Part shown: in pieces, positions 49,701 to 62,172 of the stretch
Layout: the number at the start of each line of letters is the position of its first letter
How positions within the stretch are numbered: the first letter of the stretch is position 1
Source: Eimeria praecox
Lineage: Eukaryota
Reading direction: 5' to 3'
Length of the DNA: 64,000 nt
Assembly (NCBI GenBank): GCA_963920595.1
Contig: OY986950.1
Span: forward strand, 310,001-374,000
The notes under the pieces: generated by a model
Told to the model about the DNA's origin: nothing
Seen by the model: only the letters and a program-made list of their open reading frames with translations
Databases searched by the model: none
Position numbers and translations under genes: made by a program

Positions 49701-51900
49701 AGGTTGCTGTGCGGGCGGTCTATCCACGTGCTTCATGCATGACGCGTGTAGCCTGCGTCCCGACGTCCAGTGCCTTCATCATTGCAAGAGATGCCGAGCT
49801 TGGAGTATTCCCTTTCGAAGGCGTACGAAGCGAAAGGGGCTCTTGAAGCGTTCGGTCAGGGAGATACATCCCTCTAACCGGTACCATATGTACCCTAGTA
49901 GCGCCCCGCGTCGGCTCCCTTGCCCTAGCTGTGAGCGTTCTGGAGTAATGGCGTGTATCAGCCTGGTAGCGGGAGTGGCGGGTGACTAGCTAACGCACAA
50001 CCAGAGGCCCTGCGTTACCTTTCATATGAACCTGCGCCCGCCTCTCCGGCCGGCAGTGTAGAGGCAGGCAGGGAGCGCTAAAGGAACCGAGTGTCAGCAT
50101 TTAAACAACCGGACGATATGCCAATGGCGGCGGACAGGTGATTCTGTCTGCCTTCACTGGCACGTCGTCAGGAACAGCCAAAGAATTACAATATAATATC
50201 TGGACGTTTTCAGCGAAGCGCCTTTAGGGGATAGCTGTTATGCACTTCTGGGCAGTAGATCGCATACATAAGTAGCGCTGAACTAAAAGCTGGGGTTTTT
50301 CTGTAGCCAGGCGGTTTGGATGTTTGTGCTTGCTTGCGCTGCGTTGTCACATTTTGAGCTATTAAAGAGGGGCGCAGTATCTAAGCATATCGCATTCCAT
50401 ATCTGCATGCAAGGCAGCGCAACAGTGCCTGAGAAGCAACAATGCAGCCTCGGCCGGCAAGCAAGGCATCTTTTGCATTTCCTTCACCGTTATGTAGCTC
50501 GACTGCAGGGAGATATGTTGTGCCACACTCAGTACAGAGAGATTATGTGAAAGTGCAAGTGCTACGTCTCCACCTTCAGACACAAATCGCATTTGCTTTA
50601 CGGAAGCAGGCTCTGCTTAACCAGCAACCACAGCATCGCGCATATTATGCAACAGCCAAAAATTAGTTTCGGAGACCCAGTACGTGTCTGCCTCCTGTAT
50701 ACAATTGCAGGACGTAAGCCGTTTCTGCTCATGTCGGGAAGGCGCCGCTAACCAGTATTGTCGTTGAAAAGGTCGACCTGCTTCACATACCAGACGTAGT
50801 CAACCGAGAGAAGCGAGTGCATATTTTACGCCTCTTTACATCAGCAAGTACGCTCGCATACAAGGGGAGCGAGGCGAAGCCGCTCGCTTCAAGGAACTCT
50901 TAACTGGGGAGCGTGAGGTGACATACTGGAACTTAGTACTGTACAAGGGCGATGCCGGTTTCCTCTGCCCCATCATCATAGGCAGTTTCTCACGCATTTC
51001 TGGCAGAGTAATGCTTAAGATGCCAACGCCGCGCTCTGTGTATGTATGACGGCAACTGGCAGCATCATCATTTTCCTGCCCTGCACCTTTTCAGGCAGAG
51101 TGCTCCTTATTCCTAGCGATTGGCTATGTCGGGCAATGACGGCTAGGATATCGATTTTGGCGTTTCTGTGAGCCTCCGTAGCACATGTAAGAAATGCCCG
51201 TAATAAGCGGCTTCGCTTGCAAGTGGTTTTGGGTGTTTGCGCGTGCACGCGGCAGGAGCGGGGTGGCTGATATTTTATTTTTTGCATATTCGTCCTAGGC
51301 AGGAAAATTTGCAGGAGACGCAGGTCTAACAGAGCAAATGCCGGCACCCCCTGCCTTGCGAGATTGCTGCCTACCAATAAAGCGTGTGTTGGATGTTGAG
51401 CATCAAGTAATTAGTTTTGACTTGTGCAACAGCTGAGAGCGGACCCTGTCAAAAGGCGCGCCTGCGTCATAGGGCGGTCCCTCGAGCAGCTAGTGCGCTA
51501 ATATTCCTTTAATGCATAAACAGAGTGCGGATCACTGTCTAAACTCCTGATCACTAAGTGGCCCCCCGAGGCTGTATGGAAACTTCGATTTCAGGAGCTC
51601 TTACTGTTTAACCTCAACAGCGTGCTATTTCAAATTCAGGCGGTTACTTCGAATAGACTCAGAGCAAAATTTATGCCTTTGGCTCTCTCCCCACTACCCA
51701 TATGCCTGACCAGGAGAAAATGCACAGCATGCGTAAGTGCAGACGGTGCATTTCTGGCCATCCAGTTGCTGAAGCGCATGCAACCAGTAACCAGCTGCAG
51801 AAACAAAAGTACTGAGGTACTACCTATTACATGAACGGGTCGTTCCCTCACTCGTAAACGTGCCCGAAGCCAGCTGGATTCTAATACAAACCTGCCTGGT
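43750..51900 (+). mobile_element. Decayed Ty3/gypsy pol (protease, RT, RNase H, integrase) with the RT/RNase H segment amplified ~3.7x
   Basis: IAIDST/LHATNGAGVKI (protease, ~43770-43890), VMPLGAK (~VMPFGLK, 46121), GHVACFGRLNI (~VIAYLDD.LIY), EGLPVAYLGNSLNP (~G.PVAY.S..L.P, ~45340), DYVK..RKQALLNQ (~50540-50620), DGNWQHHHFPALHL (~W...LP.LELAYN, ~51050). Confidence 0.7.
44748..49786. repeat. Tandem array, 1366-bp unit, ~3.7 copies
   Basis: ACCGTTTGTCATG at 44748, 46114, 47480, 48846; equivalent ORFs at 45110/46476/47842/49208. Confidence 0.97.
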
Positions 51901-54900
51901 GCACTGAAGTCCACGATAGAAGGAATGGTGTTACTTGCTTTGTAGTGCATCTCGACACAGGTTGGCTACGGAGCAATCAAAGGCAAGTGCCTAGTGTGTA
52001 ATGGGTGACAGATGGCAACGCCTTGGCACTTTGTGCCTTTTGTATTTGGTTATTCATTCATGTGGTCAGTGTAGCGTAGGCATAAATCCATTGGCTCTGC
52101 ACAATTTAAATTGAGGAACTGGCCGTAGTACTAACGGATGGCATTTGGTTGTGATTGATGAAGGCGACTGGAAGCGTTCACGATGGTAATGGACAGACAC
52201 AAGGCTTCATTCAGTGCAACAGCATTTTGGGAGTTTTGTGTGCCGCTGGATTCGTTTAGTAAGATACTAAGCACGCATATGCCACGGGCACGCATGCGAC
52301 GCTGAAATACAAGGGAAACGTCTGAATTCAATGATGAGATCCCTAAGTCCGACGTTTGGCAGAAAGTGTGACGAAACAAAAAAATAACAAACCACCTGTA
52401 TTTCTTCTTGAGGAGATTATTCATTTCGATGCTTCACCTGCAGCCAGCTAACCTGCTTAGATGAGGATAGCGTGAAACGCTGGCGCTCTTCTGCTGAGCG
52501 GCAAACCGAAAAAGACAAGCTAGCCGGGCCAGGGCTCATGCTGGCTGGAGCGCTTTCTCCTTTTCGCCGTAGTAACCACAATGCCACCGCTGATCACGAG
52601 CTGGGCTAGGTGCGATAAAATATCAGGTGGCGTGTAACGGGATCTTAGATGCTTGATGGCCGGTTCACTTCGTTCTGCTTGGTACCAAGCATTGGCGCGT
52701 ACTTGTTCCATGCTGTAGAGCGTAGTTTGCGGGAGCAAAGGCGTTGTCTATCAATGAAGCTGGCATATCCGGCATGCCCAAAGCTCATACAGAGCATAAA
52801 TCATATGCCGGAGTTACTGAGTAAATATGGGCTTTCCAAGCATTCCGGTGGAGTTTGACTACAGATGAAGTACCCCAGCCATGTATCTCACGAGCAATTA
52901 CCCAACGCAGAAGTGTTGTTCCTTTGTCGGCTACGCTGTATCTGCTTTGCTAGGCAGTGAGTTGCTTCTCTGGTTCGTTGTGCTCACTATGCTAGTCATG
53001 GAGGGGGTTGCTTGCATACGGGTCCTCGGTTTTTACCTGAATATGTTAGAAAAAGCCTGGATCAGAGCATGCGGTTTTAGAAAATTACAATTTCGGAAGT
53101 GAGGAGCCAGTTGTTGTTTATTCCGTCGTCTTGAAACTGTAGACTACGAGTTTTATTGGGCTCGTAAGTCTCGAGTCTCTTGGCAGGGCCCTGCTGTGGT
53201 CGTTCATCCACAATAAGCAACGCTCGGTGCGAATAAAAGGCCTTACTTGCTTTCCTTCTAGTACGATACGGAAGGAGTTTGAGTCGTGAGTGCTTAGGCT
53301 TTAAAGGCCGGTGGTAATGCAGTAAGGGGCTCTAGCGTGTTACGGGTCAAGCGCTTGCCGGCAGGCGGATGCTCGGCAGACTCGTTATTGTCGCGAGTTG
53401 CAGTTGTTTCTGTATTCATTTGCGTTGCTGAAAGACGCGAATCTCATAGATTGGGCCCAGCGGTAACTGGTATTTCAGGGATTGCGTCAGTGTCAAAGAA
53501 CTGGCAGCTCAGTTGTGCAGATTTCCTCTCAGGGGCAGCCAGCTAAGGGCAATCATCAAGCTCGTTGGAGAAACCGTTTTGCCCTAAGCTACAACATTCG
53601 GACACTTTGCCTGTACACTATGAAAGTGGTGTATAGGAAGGAAATGCGCAGAAGCACGTGGGCCGCTTTTAATCTTGACTTGGTTGCGCCAACAGTGAGG
53701 TGCAGGCGGTGGGTCCTAACTGCAGCCCTTCTCGAACCTTGATTTCTTAAAGTGAACTCATCTTAATTAAGTTGGAGGTCCTAGTTCACTGTGTAACGCA
53801 GTGGGTGTGGGGTTTTTCACACCATGGTATAGGGAGCTTGAACAGGCACGCGCCTTAGCAGTCCATCTGCTTTAGCTAAGTCAAGAAGAGCGGTGCCAGT
53901 GCAGGCCAATTTTCCTACTATTCGGAGCCCCAACAAAAATAATGACCAACTGCTCCAGTGCGCCCTCCGAATCAATAGTGTGCATTGTATTTGTTCCAGT
54001 TGGCGTGCGTTCATGGTGGCACGCACAAAGTATTCACCAGTGTCTTAATCCTGCCATCCCAGCGGTTGAGAGCTCTTAACGCATAAATACCATTTGCAGG
54101 AGCTTTTGAGGCTATTCTGGTAAACAGGAAACTTACCAGGCAGTGCAAGAGGGCACAGCATGCTAGGCAAAGTGGGGATCTAGGTGACCCAATGATCATC
54201 GGCACCTAGCCTGCCATCCGGCCTTTCTCATGTAGACTTGCTTCTCGTTATTTGAAACCCGGTGCGTCTCAGATGGTGGGTAGCCCAACTACGACTTCTA
54301 CGTAACTATCCAAAAAACTATGTTTACCCAATAACGAGCATTTTTTCGTTTCCTTGGTGTGAGCTCACCCGTCCCCTATTCGCTCAGAAAAGGTGTGCGG
54401 ACTGCTTATGAACGACGATCAACTAGATAGCAACGTGTAAAATAAGAAGCTCCCGGAAATGTGCAAGATCCTTTAACCTACTGGACACTGTGTGCGCTTG
54501 CTCCATGCGGTCGGAAGTAGGTCTCTAGTTGAACAAACGCGGAGTTTTGCTTGTTCCCGTTACCTGACACGCCCTACTGGGCGAGGGAGGCTTTGCGCAG
54601 TTTGGCTAAACTTCGATTCGCCCCTACGTTATAACATATCCACAGCTACCCCGATGCATTTTGTTTGCAATATTACTAGATGCCTGTGAACTTAGGTGCT
54701 GCATTGCAGTGGGGATCTGTGTTTTTGATTGCCTGCAGCTCTCACTCATTTTAGTCTTCAGTCTTTGAGTGGGCCGCCGTAATTTTGGGTCAAAAGAAGC
54801 TCAGCGGACAACTGTCATTCACCTGCTACTCCTTTGCTGTTATTTACAACGGCTCAACGCGTATCAGGAAAGGGTTACGTTCACATCATGCTTCAAAATG

Positions 54901-55520
54901 CCTACTGCAGCGAAGTATTAGAACCATTGGTGAATGGGAAAACGCGCCGCTTCCTGTATATGTCCTGCTACTGTGGGAAGTGCTTAAAATGAAAATCCTT
55001 TCCGAATGCACTCGAAAGCAAAAAATTTGGATTCACTTTGCAGATACCTGTTAAGTATTATGGAAAACACTCTCTGCCTTATTTCATTGCTTAGCGCTTG
55101 CTTACGGGGTGTGCTTCAGAATTCTTCAAACAGCCCATTGGATTAAGTGCGCGAACCTCACCAGGTGAGATCATCCGATTGTAAACCTGGCGTAACTCCG
55201 TGATGAACTGTCTTTCCTTTTACATGGTGCAGCAAGTACGCACCACAAGTAACGTTTCCATGAAAACGCACAGTGCTGTGGAAACACGCGGGCGCTTCTA
55301 GAGTGTGATTTAAGCCTGCGTTTGCCCAATGGCAGAGCCCTACAACCTGTTAGGTTGCTCTGTGTAACGTCACAGAAAGTCCGCCTCAACAGCTCAGAGC
55401 CCAAAGCTGCACGCCCTTTAACAGCATATCCCCTTCACAACGACAAATACCTTTCGCTGCTAGCCAATGGGCTATCTCCTGCCTATCCGGCGAACTGCCT
55501 TCAGTCCCTCCGGTTTGAGG

Positions 55521-58500
55521 ACACCCCTTCGACCTCGCACTGCATCGGTATGGTTGCAGTGGAAATGGCACCTATCGACGCCTAGTTAGCTTGAGCCGAA
55601 CAGCTGCATTAGTCTTCAGAAAGCCCCCGGCAAAACGAGAGACATCGAATGCTTGATGCTGCCAGCTTTGCTGTATCTACTCGTCTCACGAAGGCGAAGA
55701 AGTGCAGGGAAATCTGGATTAAGTGGTAAGGGAGGGAATGTGGCGCCAAACGGGACAATGGCCTTGCCTGGGCAGCTGCTCGTTTGGAATGTCTTCTTTT
55801 GCGGTCGCAAATGGCAGGGTACTCCCGCGTAAATCTAACGGAGAAACTGCTATGCTGAATGTGACATAATATCGATCTAGTTGCTTGCTTTTGCTACTTT
55901 TTCGGTAGGGGCAGATGGCGGTGGGAGTGGCGGTAAGACTGCACTTACAGAAGAAGGCCTGGCATCTCCTCGGACTCAGTTTCTTAAGCTTCTTCCTAAC
56001 TTTCTTCAAACAGAGCTGCATTTGCTGGTCGAGTTCATTTTCATAGGCGTTTGTGATAAGGTTCCTTCAGCATGCCGTAGGCGGTGAAACATAAACCGCA
56101 TAGATGAAGGGATGCCAAAGGTTTTTAAGCCGGTTAGTGAGCTTGCTGTATACATAGGCGAGAGTCCCTTCCTAATCCATGCAGCTGGTAAGTAGAAAAC
56201 GGGCTGATGCGCCTTCGTATCTTGCTTTGTTTAGTGCAGTGCCGGTTCAGATGTGTCGAACAGGCAGCTAGGTTGCTAAAAAGCTACGCCTTAAGGTTGG
56301 TGGAGAAGAGCTTGAAGGCGAGCTGCCAAATGGAGGGTATGCGATTGCTTTCACTGATGCAAGAGGTATGCACTCTGCTAAGCTGTTGATTTCCTGAAGA
56401 CGCTTTCACATTGCGCGGCGGATGCATGGCGTGCGCCGCAGTGCCTAATTCTATGCCTACGGTGGAATGCTGCAAGTGAGACGACACTAGCACTGAGTTG
56501 ATTGTTCCTTGTCTATAGTGGGCAGGTCTGGCGTTTTTAAATATTAATGTGCAGGTTTCAACTTCAGCTGGCTTGCTTTAATAGAAGTATGATGATTTTG
56601 CAGCGTTTTCAGTTTCTGCAGTTCTATTCAGGGGTAGAGTGTTTTGGGGATTCAAAAAATTAAGATATTGTTGGTTATATGTTCATTGCTATCCCAAAGC
56701 AAGTACGTTGTAGCAGTGCTTTGTCGAGAACAGCCGGAGGTTGCACATCGAGGCGGCAATTTTTAGAAATGTATTTTTGCTGAGATCGCTTAATCCGACC
56801 CCTTGGGCTAAATAGAATTTCACGGATCGAGTGCTCTAGCATGGACGTGGTGACATGGCTTACCAGAGCAGAACCATAATACTGAAATCAGATCAGGTAT
56901 GCCGTTTTGGGCGTTGTTCTGAGCAAACTGTGATGGGAGAGCAAGGGGCGAAGAATCGCTAGATGCAGTAGCCAGAACGCAACAGCATCAAGCTGCAGTA
57001 TTTATGATACATGCTGTTGGGGATTCGAGTATTGCTTGCTTTTGTGGGTATGCGTACATCAGAGACCAGGGCATTCTTAAATGATCTCTGCTTGCTTGTG
57101 GTGTGAGTAGGCGTGCAGCCGAGTGGTTCTTCTTTGTGGAGGTTGGCGCTGGAGCACGAATCGGTGTGGTCCACAATCTCCGTTGTTCACACGTAACTGT
57201 CTGCTCGCCACAGTGAGCGCATTGCGAGTCCTCGGTGCATTGCGCTTTGCACGCAGAGCATCTAGGGCCACATGGAAAATGCCAATAGGACGTGTAGGAC
57301 CACTGTGTGCCTGGAGGGGCGTGGCGGCAACTTGATGATGGAGCTTCTGGTCTATAGAATGGCTAGTTTTTCAGCCAAAAGGTGCTTCATGCAGACCGCA
57401 TTGCGAATGTTTTCGCTGAGCTACCACGCTGCCGCGAATATAAAGTGGAGTCTAAAACGAATCGCGAATACGGCTGCACGAGACTTTCTATCGAATTAAG
57501 CTCGTACGTGCTTCTCGGCCTGCAGCGCTGAAAGAGCATCTATTATCACGGCTGGCTGCTCAGCACCAACCCGAATCTAGCCGAATGCAATGCACGACGG
57601 ATTCTCTCGCTGGACTGTCGTAGGAACGCAAGCTCACACCCCTTCGACCTCGCACTGCATCGGTATGGTTGCAATGGAAATGGCACCTATCGACGCCTAG
57701 TTAGCTTGAGCCGAACAGCTGCATTAGTCTTCAGAAAGCCCCCGGCAAAACGAGAGACATCGAATGCTTGATGCTGCCAGCTTTGCTGTATCTACTCGTC
57801 TCACGAAGGCGAAGAAGTGCAGGGAAATCTGGATTAAGTGGTAAGGGAGGGAATGTGGCGCCAAACGGGACAATGGCCTTGCCTGGGCAGCTGCTCGTTT
57901 GGAATGTCTTCTTTTGCGGTCGCAAATGGCAGGGTACTCCCGCGTAAATCTAACGGAGAAACTGCTATGCTGAATGTGACATAATATCGATCTAGTTGCT
58001 TGCTTTTGCTACTTTTTCGGTAGGGGCAGATGGCGGTGGGAGTGGCGGTAAGACTGCACTTACAGAAGAAGGCCTGGCATCTCCTCGGACTCAGTTTCTT
58101 AAGCTTCTTCCTAACTTTCTTCAAACAGAGCTGCATTTGCTGGTCGAGTTCATTTTCATAGGCGTTTGTGATAAGGTTCCTTCAGCATGCCGTAGGCGGT
58201 GAAACATAAACCGCATAGATGAAGGGATGCCAAAGGTTTTTAAGCCGGTTAATGTGCTTGCTGTATACATAGGCGAGAGTCCCTTCCTAATCCATGCAGC
58301 TGGTAAGTAGAAAACGGGCTGATGCGCCTTCGTATCTTGCTTTGTTTAGTGCAGTGCCGGTTCAGATGTGTCGAACAGGCAGCTAGGTTGCTAAAAAGCT
58401 ACGCCTTAAGGTTGGTGGAGAAGAGCTTGAAGGCGAGCTGCCAAATGGAGGGTATGCGATTGCTTTCACTGATGCAAGAGGTATACACTCTGCTAAGCTG

Positions 58501-59114
58501 TTGATTTCCTGAAGACGCTTTCACATTGCGCGGCGGATGCATGGCGTGCGCCGCAGTGCCTAATTCTATGCCTACGGTGGAATGCTGCAAGTGAGACGAC
58601 ACTAGCACTGAGTTGATTGTTCCTTGTCTATAGTGGGCAGGTCTGGCGTTTTTAAATATTAATGTGCAGGTTTCGACTTCAGCTGGCTTGCTTTAATAGA
58701 AGTATGATGATTTTGCAGCGTTTTCAGTTTCTGCAGTTCTATTCAGGGGTAGAGTGTTTTGGGGATTCAAAAAATTAAGATATTGTTGGTTATATGTTCA
58801 TTGCTATCCCAAAGCAAGTACGTTGTAGCAGTGCTTTGTCGAGAACAGCCGGAGGTTGCACATCGAGGCGGCAATTTTTAGAAATGTATTTTTGCTGAGA
58901 TCGCTTAATCCGACCCCTTGGGCTAACTAGAATTTCACGGATCGAGTGCTCTAGCACGGACGTGGTGACATGGCTTACCAGAGCAGAACCATAATACTGA
59001 AATCAGATCAGGTATGCCGTTTTGGGCGTTGTTCTGAGCAAACTGTGATGGGAGAGCAAGGGGCGAAGAATCGCTAGATGCAGTAGCCAGAACGCAACAG
59101 CATCAAGCTGCAGT
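55521..59114. repeat. Direct duplication of ~1479 bp (55521-56999 and 57636-59114; offset 2115)
   Basis: Equivalent ORFs at 55616/57731, 55719/57834, 56207/58322; contains the RT remnant. Confidence 0.96.
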
Positions 59115-59820
59115 GTGTTAAATGCTGGGTGTTGGGGAGAGGAAATTGCTACCTGCCACCTAGCTAGCTACGCTAGAAAGTTCATATTTGTTCAAGGACC
59201 TGCTCTCGTGTGCACTGACGGGTGCTGTGTAAAGCGTGCCCGCATGGGTCAGGCATTATGGATTACACACTCCTTGTGGCTGCCCTGCTATTGAACGCCC
59301 AAATGACGCCTGCTTTAAGGCAGTTTGCTGGGGCCTAAGGGGAGTTGTGTGTCTGGATGCCCCCGGATAATCTCTCTGGAGCCTGTCCGTCTGCGGAGTG
59401 CTCTCATTTGCATTTCCATGCTACGCATTCCACGTTGGTTTAGGCAGTGCGTTTGACCGAACAAACCCGTAGGCGTTTCCTAGCCTAATAATGTCCCTGC
59501 ATAGGAGCATGCCACCAATAGCAACTGCTTGTGATAGCAGCGACAGAGTGATTAGGTCGACGCACTTGCGGACAAGAGGCGTCGTCCTGTCGGTCAAACG
59601 CAAGCTGCAGTGCGCATGCAGTGGCCGTTGTGCACACATGAGAACCGCATCCTACTCATTAGCACAGGGCTGGCTCCATCTCATAGCAGGCTTCGAAGCG
59701 TCATTCTCAACGGCATACCACTTCTATCCACCTCCCCGTTGGATGTCAATCTGTCCTCTTCTCCCTTTCCGCGCTTAGCAAATCCGTCCATGCGTGTTTA
59801 CTACCTCCTTTCCACCAGTG

Positions 59821-62172
59821 CATTTTCTTCCCTTCCCCTAGGAAGTGTGTCATAGCTGTGGAGGTATTCGTGTGCAAGCAAAAGCCAACTAAGCAATGCT
59901 TGGGTTGAGGGTACAACATGGGTAGTGGCACCAAGGACCGAACTAGCATTTTCGAATCCACGCACAGCAAATGCTTGTCACTGGCTGGGAGGTATACATG
60001 GCGTCTTTGGCAGCAAACAGACAGGCTATCGGACCGCAGCGTAGGTATTGCTGATGCGCTACGACTGCTGTACAAGCGAAGCGTATGCGCGCCGCTTTAC
60101 CTAACTGCCTAAACTGCAGGTTCCTGACGGTGTCGTGGGGCGTGGCGAATGTGGTGAGTGCTCCGTGAAGAAGGCGAACGCTCTTGACAAAGCACTGAGA
60201 CTGCATATGTTTGCAAAAATCATCTCTGGTGCGAACGTCTAAAGCCCTAGATTGGTGCCATCCACCCTGCAAACTAGGCGCAGGCTTCAGCATTTTTGCA
60301 CTGAGCATGCATGTTCACGCTTTGGGCGTCCTACTTCAGTATAGCCTGGGATATGCCTTCGTCAAAGCAAACCGTAATCATATTGATACGCGGTAACTGC
60401 ATTCTTGCGCGAACCACGGTGTACATCAGTCACACCCGTATGCACTATTGATGTTCACCTGTTTCAGCGTGCATGCCGTCACAATTGTGCCGTCCTGAGC
60501 CTCAGACCACGGCCTGCTAGTCAGAGCTGTGCCACCACTTGGTCCAGCTTGTGCGTTCCCCTGTCACGAGATCCATGTTTCCGGTGACGGAAGAACAGAC
60601 GTGGCGGTGCACCCGGCGGTCTGCCCAGTATCAAAGCGCCAAGGCCTATTGTGGACACAGTGGGAGCTGGCAATATCCAGTCAACCCGTCAATAGGCCTT
60701 AGATAGTGCTGCCTCACTCTAACATATTCAGTGACTGGCGGGGCTGTCGTATGGCTGGGTAGGTGTTTGTATGCCTTCACAGATAGATGGCATGTCTATG
60801 AAGTTGTGTTTATGTGTTTTCCTATTATTATTAGGTTCCATTTGTTTAGACAGGAATAGGAATCTGCGCAGGTTGGAGGGAGGCGCAGTACGCGTTGACC
60901 ATGATTTGCTTTGCCTTGGCGGAGATATTTCTGGGTAGTGGCTTCGGCCAAGCCAGCAGTACCTTTAGCACTAGTCAGTGCTCTAACGTTTTCATGGCCT
61001 TGCACGTTCATGTGCATACCTCCTTGGGGCATGATTATTCTCTAGGCACCCCACCGGATACCCGCATATGCATTGCCTGCAGCATACGCCGTATAACCAT
61101 TTTCTCGTATGGGCCGTGCAGACTCTGCGGGTTGCTCTGCAGCTTGAACCGTTTTGGATTGGCTGCAAGCTGCTAAGTTAGAGGAGCTGCCTTGGGCCTG
61201 GATGCATGAGGTGTATGCAGTCCTTCTCCGTGATACAGCAGTTTGCTGCCCCCAGGATGCAACGTCGTACATGCCTCAGAGAGTGCGCATGCGTAGCTGC
61301 CATCCCGCGCAGTATATCTGTGCAGGTGAACAAACTCAAGCATTGGCCGTATACAAGGGTACGTGCCCTCGCAGTAGCGCATGGCAGGGTTGCCAGGGCG
61401 GTTGGACGGACTTCAACTCCATTTCGTCTTGAGAGATACAAGAGCAGTCTGTTCGCAAACGCCAGAAGGCTTCAAGGCGCAGTGTACCTGAGTATAGAGC
61501 TTCGCAATCGTCTAAATTGCACCCTCTGCATCTCCTGGAGTGGTTGGCACTCTGCGTGGTGGCTTGCTCTGCTCACCAAGAAGCAGCCTTGCTTGCATCC
61601 TTGGGGCGTCTGCCTGCTACGAAGGTTGGCTGCATAATGGCCCCACGTGAAGCTGCCGATACCCTTTTGTATGCTTCGTAGTGAGCATGGTGGCTTCCGG
61701 AGAGAGGTTTATTGCCGCACGGCTTGCGTTGAGTATAATGTGCTGCAGGGGGTGGTGAATGCTTTGCATAAAGTGCCAATTAAGTTCCTTAGCAGTACGC
61801 GTCAAAAGTAGCGTAACGCTCATTTCAACCGGTGCTTGGATATCTTTGGGTATATCTGCATTTGCCTTTTCCATTATCGTGACAAGCTTGTTCACGAGCG
61901 CTATGGACCTCCTAGTATGCTCTTCGCTCACGTCGAGACAACTGCAAAATCCCGGTACCTTGAGCAGGTGCAGGTGCAGGTATGCATACATGCTGCAGGG
62001 GGCACCTCATGAGCTTCTGGCCTGCTGTAGAACATTTTCTTCCGTTCCCCTAGGAAGTGTGTCATAGCTGTGGAGGTATTCGTGTGCAAGCAAAAGCCAA
62101 CTAAGCAATGCTTGTGTTGAGGGTACAACACGGATAGTGGCGCCAAGGACCGAATTAGCATTTTCGAATCCA
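59821..62172. repeat. Dispersed direct repeat of ~140 bp (59821-59960 and 62033-62172)
   Basis: CATTTTCTTCC..TTCCCCTAGGAAGTGTGTCATAGCTGTGGAGG...GCATTTTCGAATCCA is present twice with few mismatches, offset 2212. Confidence 0.92.

Noticed and set aside
52881..53102. Membrane-protein-like ORF or separate RNase H fragment (GYAVSALL)
   Set aside because: A single short motif with no colinear support; it cannot be called.
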